A DNA stretch of 64,000 nucleotides, from the NCBI GenBank assembly GCA_977020255.1, contig CDROCS010000122.1, positions 620,001 through 684,000 on the forward strand, written 5' to 3'. Shown piece after piece: positions 53,270 to 64,000 of this stretch (position 1 is its first letter; each line of letters opens with the position of its first letter). A program made the position numbers and the translations under genes. The notes below the pieces were generated by a model, which was given only the letters and a program-made list of their open reading frames with translations, was not told where the DNA came from and ran no database searches. The stretch is from Obrimoposthia wandeli (lineage: Eukaryota).

Positions 53270-53950
53270 ATGCCAGTAAATACAATTATGGGGCTCTTTG
53301 CTAAATCCCCAATGAAACCACTGCAACGTCACGTTACTCGCGTAAATGAATGTTGCGATTTGCTTATACCATTCTTTGAAGCATGTCATGCTGGAGACTG
53401 GGACAAAGCATCTCACTTGCGTGAACAGATTTCGCAACTTGAAAAAGATGCGGATGTATTGAAGCGTGAGATCCGTCTAAAGCTTCCTCGTGGCCTTTTC
53501 ATGCCAGTCGACCGTACTGACATGTTAGGACTTCTTACTCAACAGGATAAACTAGCCAATCTATCGAAAGACATCGCAGGTCGAGTCTTAGGTCGTAAGC
53601 TACAAATCCCTGCCGTTATGTATCCTGATTTCGTCGCATACGTCCAACGTTGTCTTGACTCAGCTGACCAAGCTCGTCGAGTGATCAATGAATTGGATGA
53701 ACTGCTAGAAACAGGCTTCAAAGGCAGAGAAGTAACGCTTGTTGCCGAAATGATTAATCAGCTTGATGTCATCGAAGATGATACTGACACCATGCAGATT
53801 ATCTTGCGTCAACAGCTTATGTCTATCGAAGACCAATACAATCCGGTAGATGTAATGTTCCTTTATAAAATTCTCGAGTGGGTTGGCGGTATCGCTGATC
53901 AGGCACAACGTGTCGGCTCTCGATTAGAAATCATGCTGTCGCGCTCTTGA
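53270..53950 (+). CDS. TIGR00153 / DUF47 phosphate transport regulator
   Basis: LEKDAD..K..IR..LP..LFMPVDR and IADQAQRV motifs; upstream of PiT. Confidence 0.9.
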   Translation: MPVNTIMGLFAKSPMKPLQRHVTRVNECCDLLIPFFEACHAGDWDKASHLREQISQLEKDADVLKREIRLKLPRGLFMPVDRTDMLGLLTQQDKLANLSKDIAGRVLGRKLQIPAVMYPDFVAYVQRCLDSADQARRVINELDELLETGFKGREVTLVAEMINQLDVIEDDTDTMQIILRQQLMSIEDQYNPVDVMFLYKILEWVGGIADQAQRVGSRLEIMLSRS

Positions 53951-53981
53951 GCACGAGAATTTAAAATAACAAGGTTTTACA

Positions 53982-55250
53982 ATGGAAATCCTGGCTAACT
54001 ACGGCACCATTCTTATTTTGGTGGCGGCTATCTTCGGTCTTTTGATGGCGATTGGTATTGGTGCAAATGATGTTGCCAATGCTATGGGTACTTCAGTAGG
54101 TTCAAAGGCACTTACCGTTAAACAAGCAATCATCATTGCGATGATTTTTGAATTCGCAGGTGCTTACCTTGCGGGTGGTGAAGTAACAGATACTATCCGT
54201 AAGGGTGTTATCGACATGTCGTTTTATGCTGATCAACCAGAAGTTTTGGTTTACGGCATGATGTCAGCTCTTCTTGCTGCTGGAACATGGTTATTGCTGG
54301 CTTCTTATATGGGCTGGCCAGTATCAACAACACACTCAATCATCGGTGCTATCATCGGTTTTGCGTGTATTTCTGTTGGTACTGAAGCTGTGGACTGGCA
54401 ATCGGTACAGGGCATTGTCGGTAGCTGGCTTATTACCCCATTGATTTCAGGTCTCTTTGCTTACCTGATCTTTGTCAGTGCCCAGCGCCTCATTTTCGAT
54501 ACTGATAACCCCTTGATAAATGCCAAGCGTTTTGTCCCTGTTTACATGTTTATCACTGCGATGGTCATTGCGTTGGTAACAATTACAAAAGGGCTAAAAC
54601 ACGTTGGGTTACATCTATCAAGTGGTGAAGCTTGGGCTGCATCGGCTGCTGTTTCTACTGTGATTATGATCTTTGGTTATATCTACATCAGTAAGAAATA
54701 CACTGACGACGGCAGCTCAGTTGATAGCAATGGCTATGCTGGCGTAGAACGCGTATTCAGCCTATTAATGGTTGTTACAGCGTGTGCTATGGCATTTGCT
54801 CATGGTTCCAATGATGTAGCGAATGCGATTGGTCCACTGTCTGCGGTTGTATCAACCGTTCAGAACATGGGACAAATTGCAGAGAAAACAACAATAGCAT
54901 GGTGGATTCTACCATTAGGTGGTGTCGGTATTGTTATTGGCCTAGCAACAATGGGGCATAAAGTAATGGCCACCGTTGGTACTGGTATTACAGAACTAAC
55001 ACCAAGTCGAGGCTTCGCTGCTCAGTTAGCAACAGCATCAACGGTGGTATTAGCATCTGGTACTGGTTTACCAATTTCTACAACACAAACGTTAGTTGGT
55101 GGTGTAATTGGTGTTGCTTTTGCTCGTGGTATTGGAGCGTTGAACTTAGGCGTCGTACGTAACATCGTCGCGTCTTGGGTTATAACGCTACCTGCTGGTG
55201 CCCTACTTGCTGTTATTTTCTTCTATATCATGCAAGCTATTTTTGGTTAA
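53982..55250 (+). CDS. PiT-family inorganic phosphate transporter
   Basis: GANDVANAMGT, HGSNDVANAIGP and PVSTTH motifs. Confidence 0.95.
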   Translation: MEILANYGTILILVAAIFGLLMAIGIGANDVANAMGTSVGSKALTVKQAIIIAMIFEFAGAYLAGGEVTDTIRKGVIDMSFYADQPEVLVYGMMSALLAAGTWLLLASYMGWPVSTTHSIIGAIIGFACISVGTEAVDWQSVQGIVGSWLITPLISGLFAYLIFVSAQRLIFDTDNPLINAKRFVPVYMFITAMVIALVTITKGLKHVGLHLSSGEAWAASAAVSTVIMIFGYIYISKKYTDDGSSVDSNGYAGVERVFSLLMVVTACAMAFAHGSNDVANAIGPLSAVVSTVQNMGQIAEKTTIAWWILPLGGVGIVIGLATMGHKVMATVGTGITELTPSRGFAAQLATASTVVLASGTGLPISTTQTLVGGVIGVAFARGIGALNLGVVRNIVASWVITLPAGALLAVIFFYIMQAIFG

Positions 55251-55266
55251 TCGTGACTCAGGTTCA

Positions 55267-55295
55267 AAAGAGGGAGGCTTTGCCTCCCTCTTTTC
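55267..55295 (+). terminator. PiT terminator
   Basis: AAAAGAGGGAGGC-TTT-GCCTCCCTCTTTT. Confidence 0.8.
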
Positions 55296-55363
55296 TTGCA
55301 CCTAAGACACAAACTTTTTAGTATCTGTGCTCTTAAAGAATACGGCTCCTCAAGGATCAAATT

Positions 55364-55981
55364 GTGAAGCATCTAATTAGCATTTTATTATTAGCTTGCG
55401 CTGTTGTTACAGCTCCTGTGCAAGCTGAGCAAGTTCGTTATATTTCGGACAATTTGTTCACTTACATGCATAACGGCCCTAGCACCCAGTTTCGCATTAT
55501 TGGTAGTGTGAATGCGGGTACCAAAGTTTCACTATTGGACACCAATAAAGAAACAGGTTTCACGCGTATTACCGACGACCGCGGTCGCTCTGGCTGGGTT
55601 AATTCTGACTTCGTTTCTCGTCAAGTTGGCTTACAAGCTCGTTTACCTGCACTTGAAAGTGAATTAACAAAAGTCAAAGCCGCACTTGCTGAAGCGACAA
55701 AATCAAGCGATGAGCAAAATGCGGGATTGAAAAATTCACTGACGCTGCGCAATACTCAAATCAGTGAAATGGAAGAGAAGAGCATTAATCTGAATGATCA
55801 ATTAACGGCATCTCAAGCCGAAATTCGTGAGTTACGTGCGAAAATTGATACTCAGAAAGATGATCTACTCATGAAGTGGTTTACGTATGGCAGTATGGTA
55901 GCGGGCTTTGGCTTACTACTGGGTCTAGTACTTCCACATATCATTCCACGTCGCCGTAAGCGTAATAACGGCTGGGCGTAA
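55364..55981 (+). CDS. ygiM: SH3 domain protein (TIGR04211, YgiM-like)
   Basis: Signal peptide, YMH.GP..QFRIIG SH3b, coiled coil and C-terminal TM. Confidence 0.88.
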   Translation: MKHLISILLLACAVVTAPVQAEQVRYISDNLFTYMHNGPSTQFRIIGSVNAGTKVSLLDTNKETGFTRITDDRGRSGWVNSDFVSRQVGLQARLPALESELTKVKAALAEATKSSDEQNAGLKNSLTLRNTQISEMEEKSINLNDQLTASQAEIRELRAKIDTQKDDLLMKWFTYGSMVAGFGLLLGLVLPHIIPRRRKRNNGWA

Positions 55982-56066
55982 TAATAAATTACCTCATGAA
56001 AATGGCAGCCTATGGGCTGCCATTTTTTTATCTATTCCTGATATGTCCCTTTACCCTCAAAAGCAC

Positions 56067-57023
56067 TTACCATTCAGAAAGGGCTGGCATAGAAACTAAG
56101 TAGCCATCGAATGCCAACACAATTTGCCGTGGATCAATTCGGTAGATTTTTACACCCGATGCAACCTCGTCACCTTCGAATACCTCTCGGCCATTCACCT
56201 TTACCCAGCGGCTTTCTGGCGTTGATGAGTAAATATGCTGTTCAAAGTTCAGTGACGGTAAGCGATCCTGAACGGCAACCGGTAATTGACCAAGAGGCAC
56301 AACGGCTGGCTCAGGGTTAGTTTGCGGCACTGCTCGCCTTTCTGTGGATTCGTTATCGTAATACGGCGTCTCATCTGTTGCTGCAATCGCCGATTTCAAC
56401 TGCTGGGCGAGCTGTGGCGATAAGCCAGACAAATCAAGATTATCCAATTGCAAAAGATCAGAATCGGATGATGCCGAACGATCACGACTCGTATTTTTAT
56501 CGGTATAACGTTCAGCCCCCTGTCGAGATACCGGTGTACGTACTGACCGAGTATCAGTTTGAACCTCGGTATAGGCAGAATAAGCAGGTTGAGCTAAATA
56601 TTGGCTATCACCTAAAGGCAATGGCTCTGTCACAAGAGCTGGGTAGGGTAAAAACACAAATTGACCATCTGCGCGGCTTACCCTTGTCGGCTTAGCCTTT
56701 AGCTGTTTAACCGTCGTTACGCTCTGTATCGCACGCTCAGGGGCAATAACGTGCTCTTCCCGTGGTTGAGTTGATGATACCAGCGGTTTTACTGTTACTA
56801 CCGTTTCAGAAGACATTGTCATCTTATAGCCAACGATCAATACAGCAGGTAGAACGGCTATCACTAAGGGAAATACCCAACTAGGTACCTTAGGTATCGC
56901 TTTATCTTGTTTTAATGGATGCCCCATCGCATTGCCATGGAGTACTTGATGAGTACTAGGCTGAGATTGTTGTGCTGAGTGTCCTTGTTCTGACTGCTCA
57001 ATCGCGTTCAACAAATTGGACAT
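56067..57023 (-). CDS. exeB: Type II secretion accessory protein ExeB/GspB
   Basis: Single TM, C-terminal LP.L.F..HIYSS...RWVKVNG domain; coupled to exeA. Confidence 0.85.
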   Translation of the reverse strand: MSNLLNAIEQSEQGHSAQQSQPSTHQVLHGNAMGHPLKQDKAIPKVPSWVFPLVIAVLPAVLIVGYKMTMSSETVVTVKPLVSSTQPREEHVIAPERAIQSVTTVKQLKAKPTRVSRADGQFVFLPYPALVTEPLPLGDSQYLAQPAYSAYTEVQTDTRSVRTPVSRQGAERYTDKNTSRDRSASSDSDLLQLDNLDLSGLSPQLAQQLKSAIAATDETPYYDNESTERRAVPQTNPEPAVVPLGQLPVAVQDRLPSLNFEQHIYSSTPESRWVKVNGREVFEGDEVASGVKIYRIDPRQIVLAFDGYLVSMPALSEW

Positions 57024-58690
57024 TAGCTTCTCTCCGGTTGCAATGTCGGACCAGGTAAATTCAACGCAGAATCAAGCACCATCAACGTCAAAGGACCCGC
57101 AATACCATCTGCAGCTAAATCTTGCGAACGCTGAAAACGACGCAATTTCTCTAATACCGATTGATCAAAATAATCAGAACGGGTTTGAGTTTCCCCCAAA
57201 AATGCATTGAGTTGCTGATTCAGCCATGCAACACGTGGCCCCTGCTGACCATAACGAATAGTTGTTTTACTGCCGTGAGGAGGGCGCCACAATAAGGTAT
57301 ATTCACCTTGCCAGTGTTGTTCAAACCACTCAGGTTTAACGGCAATGCGCTCGCCACCAAATAATAACTCAATGCGCTTTGCTGTAACGGCATAAACCAC
57401 AGCATAAAACGTTTGTTGTTGGCTATCTTGTAAGGTCACCATTGCAGGGCGATTGATTAAACCTAATCGATTTAAATCAGTATTACCTTGATGGCAAGTC
57501 AACTGAATACGTTGGCTCGTCGTACAATTAGCTTGGTTAAGCGCGGTATCAAACCCCCACAGTTGATAAAGCGATTGCATGGCTTGTCGCTCATGTCGAC
57601 TTTGCGTTATCGCCGCCTGAAGGCGTTCTACCGGTGTCGCCACTTTAACAATTTCAACCCCCTCAACAGACTCAGTAAGAACCGTGGCGGGTTTGCTAAC
57701 TTGAACTGGCGAAGCGGGTACTGTGGTTACAGTGCCTGTTGCTGTATAACTTTCTTCCTGCTGACTGCTCCAATACCAGCCACCACCAGCGAGCAAAACC
57801 GCGACTAGCGCTGTCGCTCCCCATCGTATTAAACCTGCAGATATTGCGGCAGAGGAATAGCGAGTCGCTTGAGCTGAAGGTAACTGCCAACTAAGCACAT
57901 CATCACATGCCTGAGTCATCATCACCTTGGTGACTTGGTGGCGTGAATGTTGACATGCTCGTTGCATCGCTTTATCACAGACAAGGTTAATCAGGCGTGG
58001 TACCCCACCTGTTGCTTTTGCAAGCTGACGAACAACTGAAGTGTCAAACACAGGGTAAAGACAATTGACCGCACGTAAACGGTAGTTCACATACTCACCG
58101 ACCTCCTCAGGGGTTAATGGCAGTAAGTGGTAGCGAGAGGTTATACGTTGAGCCAATTGGCGAAGGTTGTCTTGTTGTAACAAAGACTGCAATTCAGGCT
58201 GCCCTATCAGCACCACTTTCAGTAGCTTGCGGCTATCTGTTTCTAAATTCGTCAGTAATCGTAATTGCTCCAACACATCAGACATTAAATGCTGTGCTTC
58301 ATCAACTAACAGTAAGGTTTGCTTTCCTTCACTGTGGTTCTGCAGCAAGTGTTGATAGATAGTGTCCGTTAAGGCTTTAAAGCTCGCATTTTCCACATAA
58401 CTCAAACCGAGTTCATCACAAATTGTGGCTAACAAGTCATGAGCCGATAAAGCCGGGTTAAGAATAACCGCCACTTGAGTTTCTTGGGTTAAGCGAGAGA
58501 TTAATGCGCGTAATACCGTTGTTTTTCCTGTTCCCACTTCGCCCGTTAATAGCGCAAAACCGCCACCATCAGACAACCCAGCCAACATGTGGGTGAGAGC
58601 TTCCCTATGTCGCTCACTTAAATAAAGAAAGCGAGCACTTGGAACAATCGAAAATGGCGCTTCAGTTATCCCGAAAAAATCCTTGTACAT
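57023..58690 (-). CDS. exeA: Type II secretion accessory ATPase ExeA/GspA with peptidoglycan-binding domain
   Basis: PFSIVPSARFLY, Walker A GEVGTGKT, VDEAQ and FQRSQDL.ADGIAGP motifs. Confidence 0.92.
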   Translation of the reverse strand: MYKDFFGITEAPFSIVPSARFLYLSERHREALTHMLAGLSDGGGFALLTGEVGTGKTTVLRALISRLTQETQVAVILNPALSAHDLLATICDELGLSYVENASFKALTDTIYQHLLQNHSEGKQTLLLVDEAQHLMSDVLEQLRLLTNLETDSRKLLKVVLIGQPELQSLLQQDNLRQLAQRITSRYHLLPLTPEEVGEYVNYRLRAVNCLYPVFDTSVVRQLAKATGGVPRLINLVCDKAMQRACQHSRHQVTKVMMTQACDDVLSWQLPSAQATRYSSAAISAGLIRWGATALVAVLLAGGGWYWSSQQEESYTATGTVTTVPASPVQVSKPATVLTESVEGVEIVKVATPVERLQAAITQSRHERQAMQSLYQLWGFDTALNQANCTTSQRIQLTCHQGNTDLNRLGLINRPAMVTLQDSQQQTFYAVVYAVTAKRIELLFGGERIAVKPEWFEQHWQGEYTLLWRPPHGSKTTIRYGQQGPRVAWLNQQLNAFLGETQTRSDYFDQSVLEKLRRFQRSQDLAADGIAGPLTLMVLDSALNLPGPTLQPERS

Positions 58691-59017
58691 GATTTATACT
58701 CTGCACCTAAATAGATTTAATTCATGATCCAACACGGTTCTCATTTATAAGCTCGATAACGCCACTAGAAAGAATGTCATACTAATAATGCCTTTTGTCG
58801 ATGCGTTACATCAATGTGTAGAACGTGTATGGATCGTTAATATTCAAATAGTTATTGCTGTGTTCTTATTAAAGCCAAAGTACCTTTGATCGTTACTATT
58901 GTATACCTTCAGGATTCAATGACACGACCAAGGAAGCAAAAGGTCTGAACTTCAAGCCATAATATGGGTATATGATACATCTTTGCTAAATAAGCAGTGG
59001 GAATATAGGAGCAAATT

Positions 59018-60253
59018 TTGCAGACATATCTTGTCGGTGGTGCAGTACGTGACGCACTGTTAGGGTTGAAAGTAGTCGATAAAGACTGGATGGTCGTGGG
59101 AGCAACACCAGAACAAATGCTTGCTCAAGGTTATGAGCAAGTGGGTAGCGACTTTCCGGTATTCTTACACCCCAAAACGAAACAAGAATATGCCCTAGCA
59201 CGTACCGAGCGTAAATCAGGCAAAGGCTATACTGGCTTCATTTGTTATTCCGCTCCTGACGTGACCTTAGAGCAAGATCTAATGCGCCGCGATCTCACCA
59301 TTAATGCTATTGCAAAAGCAGATGATGGTCGTTTAATTGATCCCTATAACGGTCAGCAGGATCTTAATAACAAGATATTACGCCACGTCTCTCCGGCTTT
59401 TGTTGAAGACCCATTACGCGTGCTTCGTGTGGCACGCTTCTCTGCTCGCTTTGCGCATTTAGGCTTCACGATTGCGCCTGAAACTATCGCCCTAATGCAA
59501 GAAATGGTTGTTGCTGGTGAGCTCGAAGCATTAACCCCTGAGCGCGTATGGAAAGAATGGGAGAAATCACTATCGACGCAAAGCCCTGAGGTCTTTCTTA
59601 CCGTATTACGACAATGTGGCGCGTTAAAGGTGGTAATGCCAGAAATCGATGCATTATTTGGTATTCCACAGCCAGCACAATGGCACCCTGAGATTGATTG
59701 CGGTATTCATACTTTGATGGTGGCGAAACAAGCCGCAGAGTTATCACCCGATAAAGTGATCCGTTTTGCCGCTCAAGTTCATGATCTCGGTAAAGCCCTT
59801 TCACCGAAAGCAGATCTACCTAGTCACAAAATGCATTGTAAAGATGGACTAAAACCCATCAAAGCCTTATGCCAACGTTTACGCGTACCCAATGATTACC
59901 GTGATACTGCATTAATGGTGTGTGCTCAACACACCAAAATTCATCACGCCAATGAAATGCGACCCGCGACATTTGTCAATATTCTTGATCAAATTGATAG
60001 CTGGCGAAAACCCGAGCGCGTCACTCAGCTTGCACTTTGCTGCCGCGCAGATGCCCGAGGTCGCACAGGGCATGAAAATGATGCTTATTTACAAGCTAAC
60101 ATTTTACTCGCCGCTTTCGATGCCGCTCTGCAAGTTGATGTGAAACCGATTGTTGCAGCAGGCTTTAAAGGGAAAGACATAAAAGAACAATTGGCCATTC
60201 ATCGCATTGCAGCAGTGGAGCTCGCCATAAAACCACTACAATCTAAAGTTTAG
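59018..60253 (+). CDS. cca: Multifunctional CCA-adding enzyme
   Basis: [28 protein letters not shown] and HD-domain motifs; TTG start. Confidence 0.97.
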   Translation: MQTYLVGGAVRDALLGLKVVDKDWMVVGATPEQMLAQGYEQVGSDFPVFLHPKTKQEYALARTERKSGKGYTGFICYSAPDVTLEQDLMRRDLTINAIAKADDGRLIDPYNGQQDLNNKILRHVSPAFVEDPLRVLRVARFSARFAHLGFTIAPETIALMQEMVVAGELEALTPERVWKEWEKSLSTQSPEVFLTVLRQCGALKVVMPEIDALFGIPQPAQWHPEIDCGIHTLMVAKQAAELSPDKVIRFAAQVHDLGKALSPKADLPSHKMHCKDGLKPIKALCQRLRVPNDYRDTALMVCAQHTKIHHANEMRPATFVNILDQIDSWRKPERVTQLALCCRADARGRTGHENDAYLQANILLAAFDAALQVDVKPIVAAGFKGKDIKEQLAIHRIAAVELAIKPLQSKV

Positions 60254-60367
60254 GCTACGAAGCACGTTTCAAATAAAACAATAAAGCCCTGCAACTATAC
60301 CTATTTGTAATAGACACGGTTTCAGGGCTTTTTAGATCAGTACTCAAATACTCGATCCGACGTGCTG

Positions 60368-60400
60368 TTTATTTACTAAGTACGATTTATTTACTAAGTA
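60368..60400. repeat. 15-bp direct repeat duplicating the uppP 3' end
   Basis: TTTATTTACTAAGTA at 60368-60382 and 60386-60400. Confidence 0.8.
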
Positions 60401-61190
60401 AAAAAGCAATAAGACCGAAACCCAGTACTAAACGATAAATCACGAAAGGCATCATACCTACCCGTGTTACCAGCTTTAGAAATGCATGAATACAGGCATA
60501 AGCACTAATAAATGACACTGCAATGCCGATACTTAATGCGCTAACATCAATCGGCTCACCGCTTGCCACCAATTTCAAACCAAGGTAACTGCCCGCTAGA
60601 ACAATAATTGGTATCGACATTAAAAATGAAAAACGCGCAGCCGCTTCACGTGTAAAACCTAAATACAACGCTGCTGTCATTGTCGCCCCCGAGCGAGACG
60701 TACCCGGGATAATAGCCGCAGCCTGTGCTAAACCAATGAATAGCGCGCGTTTCCAACCCGTTTGGTACTCATCAAATTTATGCTCTGAATGCTTATCAAC
60801 CCACCATAACAAAAATGCAAAAATGATAGTGGTTGCAGCAATAACCCATGCTGAACGCAAATAAAGTTCAATAAAGTCTTTCATGAACAGGCCAAAAATA
60901 CAGGCGGGGATTGTGGCTAATGCAATCATCCATGTCAGTTTAGATTCAGCAGTGTGTTTACCTTTAAATATGGATGCGATCCACGCCGAAAGCAATGTCA
61001 CCACTTCTTTTCGGAAATAAAGAATAACAGCAGCGAGCGTACCAACGTGTACTGCAACATCAAAAGAAAGCCCTTGATCAGGCCAACCTAAAATTTCCGA
61101 CGGTAGAATTAAGTGTGCAGAGCTTGAGACAGGAAGGAATTCAGTTAACCCTTGAATAAGCGCTAACATAAAGGCTTCAAAATGACTCAT
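60387..61190 (-). CDS. uppP: Undecaprenyl-diphosphate phosphatase
   Basis: [14 protein letters not shown] and PGTSRSGAT motifs; alternative TTG start at 61199. Confidence 0.96.
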   Translation of the reverse strand: MSHFEAFMLALIQGLTEFLPVSSSAHLILPSEILGWPDQGLSFDVAVHVGTLAAVILYFRKEVVTLLSAWIASIFKGKHTAESKLTWMIALATIPACIFGLFMKDFIELYLRSAWVIAATTIIFAFLLWWVDKHSEHKFDEYQTGWKRALFIGLAQAAAIIPGTSRSGATMTAALYLGFTREAAARFSFLMSIPIIVLAGSYLGLKLVASGEPIDVSALSIGIAVSFISAYACIHAFLKLVTRVGMMPFVIYRLVLGFGLIAFLLSK

Positions 61191-61207
61191 GGAGTTCAAT
61201 ATCCTTT

Positions 61208-61696
61208 TTAAACGGTTAAGGCGGCTTCAACAGGCCATAATGCCTGTGAATGCTCAAATGATTGCCATAATTGGGCAACAGTACGGTCATCACCTGGGAT
61301 AACACGATCAGGGCATAGTTCTGTTAGTGGCCACAATACAAAAGCAAATTTATAAATATCAGAACGAGGTAAAACGGGCGTCGTATCTCGATAAACATCG
61401 CCAAATAACAAAATATCTAGATCCAACGTACGGCTCTGATTTTTTTGCGCATTGGGCGATCGTCCATATTGCAATTCCAGTTTTTTCAACGTTTGTTGTA
61501 GCGTATCAAACGAAAGCGACGTTTCTATTTCAACAACACAATTAAAAAAATTAGGCCCACTAAACCCTACAGGCTCAGCCTCAAATAAACGTGATATTCG
61601 GCATGCAGAACTGATTTTTTTAAGCTCAGAAATTGCAGCGTGAATATGGTATTCACGCTGAATGTTAGATCCTAGGCTGATATAAACGGTGCTCAC
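61208..61696 (-). CDS. folK: 2-amino-4-hydroxy-6-hydroxymethyldihydropteridine diphosphokinase
   Basis: YISLGSN, FFNCV and RTLDLDILL motifs. Confidence 0.93.
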   Translation of the reverse strand: MSTVYISLGSNIQREYHIHAAISELKKISSACRISRLFEAEPVGFSGPNFFNCVVEIETSLSFDTLQQTLKKLELQYGRSPNAQKNQSRTLDLDILLFGDVYRDTTPVLPRSDIYKFAFVLWPLTELCPDRVIPGDDRTVAQLWQSFEHSQALWPVEAALTV

Positions 61697-62046
61697 TTCG
61701 AGCCTCTTTCAATCTGAACCCCAACACCTCGTGCATTCACAACAGCACCAGGCTTGGTAACACGCACTTTTAACCAAGGCACTGAGAATTGCGCCATGAT
61801 CAATGCCGCGACATCTTCAGCCACACGCTCAACCAATAAAAAATCATTATTTTGTACATGTGAGGTCACAGCATTACTTACTTTCGCATAATCAAGAGCA
61901 TGTATTACATCATCACTGCTTGCTGCAGGGCGATTATCGTGAGCCATTTCCAAATCGATCACGAGTTTTTGCTTAATTTCTTGTTCCCAGTCATACGCCC
62001 CTATCGTGGCGATAACCTCAAGATGTTCGATAAAGACTAAATCCAT
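61693..62046 (-). CDS. folB: Dihydroneopterin aldolase
   Basis: IGAYDWEQ...Q.LVIDL, ALDYA, LVERVAE and KPGA motifs. Confidence 0.95.
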   Translation of the reverse strand: MDLVFIEHLEVIATIGAYDWEQEIKQKLVIDLEMAHDNRPAASSDDVIHALDYAKVSNAVTSHVQNNDFLLVERVAEDVAALIMAQFSVPWLKVRVTKPGAVVNARGVGVQIERGSK

Positions 62047-62280
62047 TTTCAATCGCTAATTTTGTTAGAGGTCGGATACCTAATTTGAGCAAAAGCGCGT
62101 ATTATCAGGTTGTAATCGTCAAAAATCATGACATTCATTCATCAGGTCATCATATTGCTTAGCAACCTGAAGCGGTATTATACCACACGCGTGAATTACT
62201 GGAATGAAACCAGGTGATTATCATCAGATAAGCCGGAATGATACAACAGTGACATTATCGCGACCGAGCTGGAATTTTAC

Positions 62281-62892
62281 ATGACGCCATTAGTTCTTCT
62301 GATCATCATAGGGGCCTACTTATTAGGCTCTATATCAAGTGCGGTTTTAATCAGCCGTCTTTATCGCTTTCCCGATCCCCGAGATTCAGGTTCAGGTAAT
62401 CCTGGTGCCACCAATGTTTTACGCTTAGGCGGTAAAAGTGCAGCGGGCATGGTACTGATATGTGATGTTCTAAAAGGTATGTTGCCAGTTTGGCTAAGTT
62501 ACTTCCTCAATATTAATCCCTTTTTATTGGGCATTATTGGTATTGCAGCCTGCCTTGGGCATATATATCCGATCTTTTTCCATTTTAGAGGTGGAAAAGG
62601 TGTAGCAACAGCGCTTGGTGCACTGGCCCCTATTGGCTGGGATCTGAGTGGGATGCTAATTGGCACTTGGCTGCTAACTGTCTTTATTACTGGCTATTCA
62701 TCGCTAGGTTCACTGATTACGGCACTTGCAGCCCCAATGCTGACATGGTTCGTTAAACCTGAATATACAATGGCAGTCTCGATGCTTTCTTGCCTTATCG
62801 TATTACGTCACCATGACAATGTACGTCGATTATTAGAAGGCAAAGAAACAAAAATCTGGCAAAAAATAAGCCGTAAAACCAAACTAAAATAG
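62281..62892 (+). CDS. plsY: Glycerol-3-phosphate acyltransferase
   Basis: [22 protein letters not shown] and RHHDN motifs. Confidence 0.96.
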   Translation: MTPLVLLIIIGAYLLGSISSAVLISRLYRFPDPRDSGSGNPGATNVLRLGGKSAAGMVLICDVLKGMLPVWLSYFLNINPFLLGIIGIAACLGHIYPIFFHFRGGKGVATALGALAPIGWDLSGMLIGTWLLTVFITGYSSLGSLITALAAPMLTWFVKPEYTMAVSMLSCLIVLRHHDNVRRLLEGKETKIWQKISRKTKLK

Positions 62893-62972
62893 CGTGATTT
62901 CTACGGCCCATCGGTTATTAAACTAGCGTATTAAAACATCAAATAATGTTTAATTAACAACCACCTTAATAT

Positions 62973-63992
62973 TTACTTTTTTAACGGTTTCAACTGATCG
63001 ATCGGCCAGCGTGGGTACGCTTTTACGCTCAAGTCCATCAATTCTTGATTTTTCAATCGCTGCATTCCTGCATACGCGATCATTGCACCGTTATCCGTAC
63101 AAAACTCTGTACGAGGGTAAAAAACCTCACCATTCAATTTTGTCATCAAAGAGCCTAGCTCTTGGCGTAAGTATGTATTTGCACTTACTCCGCCCGCGAT
63201 GACTAAGCGTGTCAACCCCGTTTGTTTCAGTGCGCGTTTACACTTAATTGCCAATGTATCAACCACCGCTTCTTGGAAAGCAAATGCAATATCAGCACGC
63301 GTTTGTTCGTCATCGTCGTTAGCTCGAATGGTATTTGCAGCAAACGTTTTTAACCCCGAAAAACTGAAGTTTAAACCAGGACGATCTGTCATAGGGCGAG
63401 GGAATTTAAAGCGCCCTTTCGTGCCCTTTTCAGCCAGTTTGGATAACAACGGACCACCAGGGTAATCTAAGCCCATTAGCTTGGCGGTTTTATCAAAAGC
63501 CTCACCTGCTGCATCATCAACAGACTCACCTAAAATTTGATATTCACCAACAGCTTGCACTTCAACCATCATGGTGTGGCCGCCAGAAACCAGCAGTGCC
63601 ACGAATGGAAAATCAGGGGCATTATCTTCTAGCATCGGAGCCAGTAAATGCCCTTCCATATGGTGTACTGCCACAGCAGGTAAACCCCACGCATAAGCAA
63701 GGCTACGACCAATGGTTGCACCCACTAATAACGCACCAACCAAACCCGGGCCAGCAGTGTAAGCAACACCATCAAGATCTGCAGGTGTTAATCCCGCTTT
63801 TTTCAATGTTTCTTTGATCAACGGAATGGTTTTTTTAACATGATCACGAGAAGCTAACTCAGGTACAACGCCACCATAATCAGCATGTAATTTCACCTGA
63901 CTGTAAAGCTCATGTGACAGTAAACCTTGCTCATCATCGAAAATCGCAACGCCAGTTTCATCACAAGACGTTTCGATGCCCAATATACGCAT
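62973..63992 (-). CDS. tsaD: tRNA t6A N6-threonylcarbamoyltransferase
   Basis: [26 protein letters not shown] and CTDNGAM motifs. Confidence 0.98.
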   Translation of the reverse strand: MRILGIETSCDETGVAIFDDEQGLLSHELYSQVKLHADYGGVVPELASRDHVKKTIPLIKETLKKAGLTPADLDGVAYTAGPGLVGALLVGATIGRSLAYAWGLPAVAVHHMEGHLLAPMLEDNAPDFPFVALLVSGGHTMMVEVQAVGEYQILGESVDDAAGEAFDKTAKLMGLDYPGGPLLSKLAEKGTKGRFKFPRPMTDRPGLNFSFSGLKTFAANTIRANDDDEQTRADIAFAFQEAVVDTLAIKCKRALKQTGLTRLVIAGGVSANTYLRQELGSLMTKLNGEVFYPRTEFCTDNGAMIAYAGMQRLKNQELMDLSVKAYPRWPIDQLKPLKK

Positions 63993-64000
63993 AACAACCT

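Noticed and set aside
58902-58972. TATACC...GGGTATA-bounded 71-bp segment upstream of cca, possibly a deleted MITE
   Set aside because: Only 6-7-bp termini and a 9-bp shared internal word; no extended inverted repeat

Overview
Chromosomal window from a Vibrionaceae bacterium, probably Photobacterium (inferred from the 16S 5' helices and gene content). It starts with the 5' end and promoter of an rRNA operon (minus strand). An ~8.2 kb integrase-less islet sits at the 3' end of tRNA-Leu(CAA), flanked by a ~54-bp imperfect direct repeat. The islet carries a chitin-oligosaccharide locus (COD deacetylase, PTS IIC, GH4 6-phospho-beta-glucosidase, ChbG, LacI repressor) and two small hypothetical genes. 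Its PTS IIB gene is a decayed pseudogene absent from the ORF track, and there is no IIA gene. The rest is mostly conserved backbone: RDD-lptG-lptF-pepA-holC-valS, DUF2061, MarR-GNAT, GH2 beta-mannosidase, rraB, an arginine deiminase cluster (YfcC transporter, arcA, arcC, arcB), pyrLBI, a lipoprotein protease, an ArgR-family regulator, ridA, idi, plsC, parC, parE, yqiA, cpdA, yqiB, nudF, tolC, hldE, glnE, an MCP, a K+ channel, ygiF, DUF47-PiT, an SH3 protein, exeBA, cca, uppP, folK, folB, plsY and tsaD. Non-coding highlights are a decayed copy of the arcA promoter and 5' end upstream of the YfcC transporter, an 18-bp-period array upstream of arcA, an ERIC-like MITE, and candidate OxyR+Fur, FNR, CRP, PurR, LacI and MarR sites. 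All family assignments come from motif recognition; no database searches were run.
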